A DNA stretch of 64,000 nucleotides from Selaginella moellendorffii (taxonomy: Eukaryota; Plantae; Lycopodiophyta). Within the stretch, counting starts at the first letter, position 1. The number at the start of each line of letters is the position of its first letter. Below the pieces are notes generated by a model. That model was not told where the DNA came from and made no database searches. It saw nothing but the letters and a program-made list of their open reading frames with translations. Of this stretch, positions 62,710 to 64,000 are shown piece by piece. The DNA is taken from contig NW_003314331.1 in NCBI RefSeq assembly GCF_000143415.4, forward strand, positions 917,169 through 981,168, read 5' to 3'. A program made the position numbers and the translations under genes.

Positions 62710-64000
62710 AGCAGCGACTGCACCTTGAGCAAGCTTCCAGATCCAGCTAAGCTCGAAAACATTCGTCACAGATGGGTTGCCAAAACTAGTTTCTTACCAT
62801 CCGCCCAGGAAAGCACAACATCGGCCAAACGACTAGTGATGATAACATGAGGCCAACATTGCTGTAGCACCTGGACGATTGCAGCTAGAACCCTGTTGTC
62901 AACTAGTGACATCGGGTAAAAGTCAAGTCATATCAATCACTTACGTCAGAAGGAAGAACTCCTTTCTTCACTCCTGCAGGAAGAAGAGGTCATCCATTCC
63001 GAGACTAGCAAATTCTTCTGAGCTGCTGGAAGATGAGCTGAGCCTGGGCGAGACATTTTAGAACCAAGTAAGCTTGGCACTGGAGCAGCTCCAATGCCGC
63101 ATTGGGACTCACATCCGATCCGCACGAAATCTCTCCGCCGCAAAAAAGATAAAATATCGAACCAAAACACGATTCGAGCTGCTTGCTACTCACCAGGAGC
63201 AGCGCGCGTGAAACACTTCTTCGAGTTGCCCGTTTCGGGCAAATGTTGTTATCGTTTCAGTCCGTACCTTTCGGGCGTCAATGAAAAACCTTTTCGCCTA
63301 TTCCCTCTACTCAAGCGCAAAAGTAGTTACTGACTGGTCTTGATGAAAATCCAATTGTTGCTTGAGCTTTCTCAGCTCCAGTAGACCAAGCACGGAACAA
63401 ATGCAAGGAGCAGCTTGAATCCGTGAGTCGCTGTCCCCTAATGGTTGCACCTTGCTGGATGGATCGTGGAAAACTAGATCCAGAGCAATCTTTGCCACAT
63501 ATGTCACCAGGCTGCCTGCGGGCCGTTATGGCCCAGGAACATAAAACCATGGTTTCTCATCGTTTTGAGTTGTGGACTTGCAGATGTGAGCTTGGTGGCT
63601 GCAAAGGACGACCTCGGCTAGACAAAATATTTTCTCTCATTTTTTATGTTTCTTCGTTTTCTTTTTTCTTCAGGCTCGAAAGATCAGGAAGCTCCTCCAC
63701 ACCAGCTACCAACGAATCAAAGATAATGCGGTGAGCGTGGATCGAACACGCGGCCTTCAGATCCAGTCTGACGCTCTCCCAAACTGAGCTTGGATGGTTT
63801 TAGACAATAATTTCAATATGATTTAGTTAAAATGTAAAAGCTTACCTCTACAATGAGAGTTTGGGGGCTCCGGCGATTTCGATCAAACCACTACAGCGGC
63901 TACTCTATAAATTCCTCTTCAATATCCTCATCCCAGTCGCGTAGAATAAGTTTATTACTGTCTATCAAATGCCGGAAATGAGTAAAATCACTTGGACCGG
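62710..64000. repeat. Direct duplication of 29340-30600, continuing past the window end
   Basis: Near-identical sequence. Confidence 0.92.
63727..63790 (-). pseudogene. Truncated tRNA-Phe pseudogene
   Basis: Same lesions as 30326-30389. Confidence 0.85.

Overview
Compact, gene-dense land-plant nuclear DNA. The ~50-60 bp GT-AG introns, many PLS-class PPR genes and remnants, and plant-type tRNA-Phe point to a lycophyte such as Selaginella (inference). 0-12.5 kb holds intact housekeeping and regulatory genes: calmodulin, Asp/Glu racemase-like, F-box/kelch, MIKC MADS-box, nucleotide-sugar/phosphate translocator, 5-FCL and COX19. 13.3-23.7 kb is a ~3.7 kb inverted duplication with reciprocal gene loss, enclosing GPN1 and a Gly-rich secreted protein. 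23-28.6 kb has two intron-containing genes of bacterial-type families (YmaE-like MBL hydrolase, YhfW-like FAD/Rieske oxidoreductase) flanking tRNA-Phe. 29-43.5 kb is a decayed tandem segmental duplication carrying two three-exon small secreted peptide genes that the ORF track misses. These encode DY-sulfopeptide (PSY-like, with RGF-like spacing) motifs, and one precursor has two tandem peptide domains. 44.7-50 kb is an AT-rich transposon relic with a 5S rRNA internal-promoter fragment. It is followed by a PPR pseudogene, a subtilase, a kinase pseudogene and a broken Ty3/gypsy element. The 5' end of that element is a stack of short TRIM-like LTR units, one containing a tRNA-like cloverleaf, preceded by a ~250 bp palindrome. 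All calls are by eye, without database searches.
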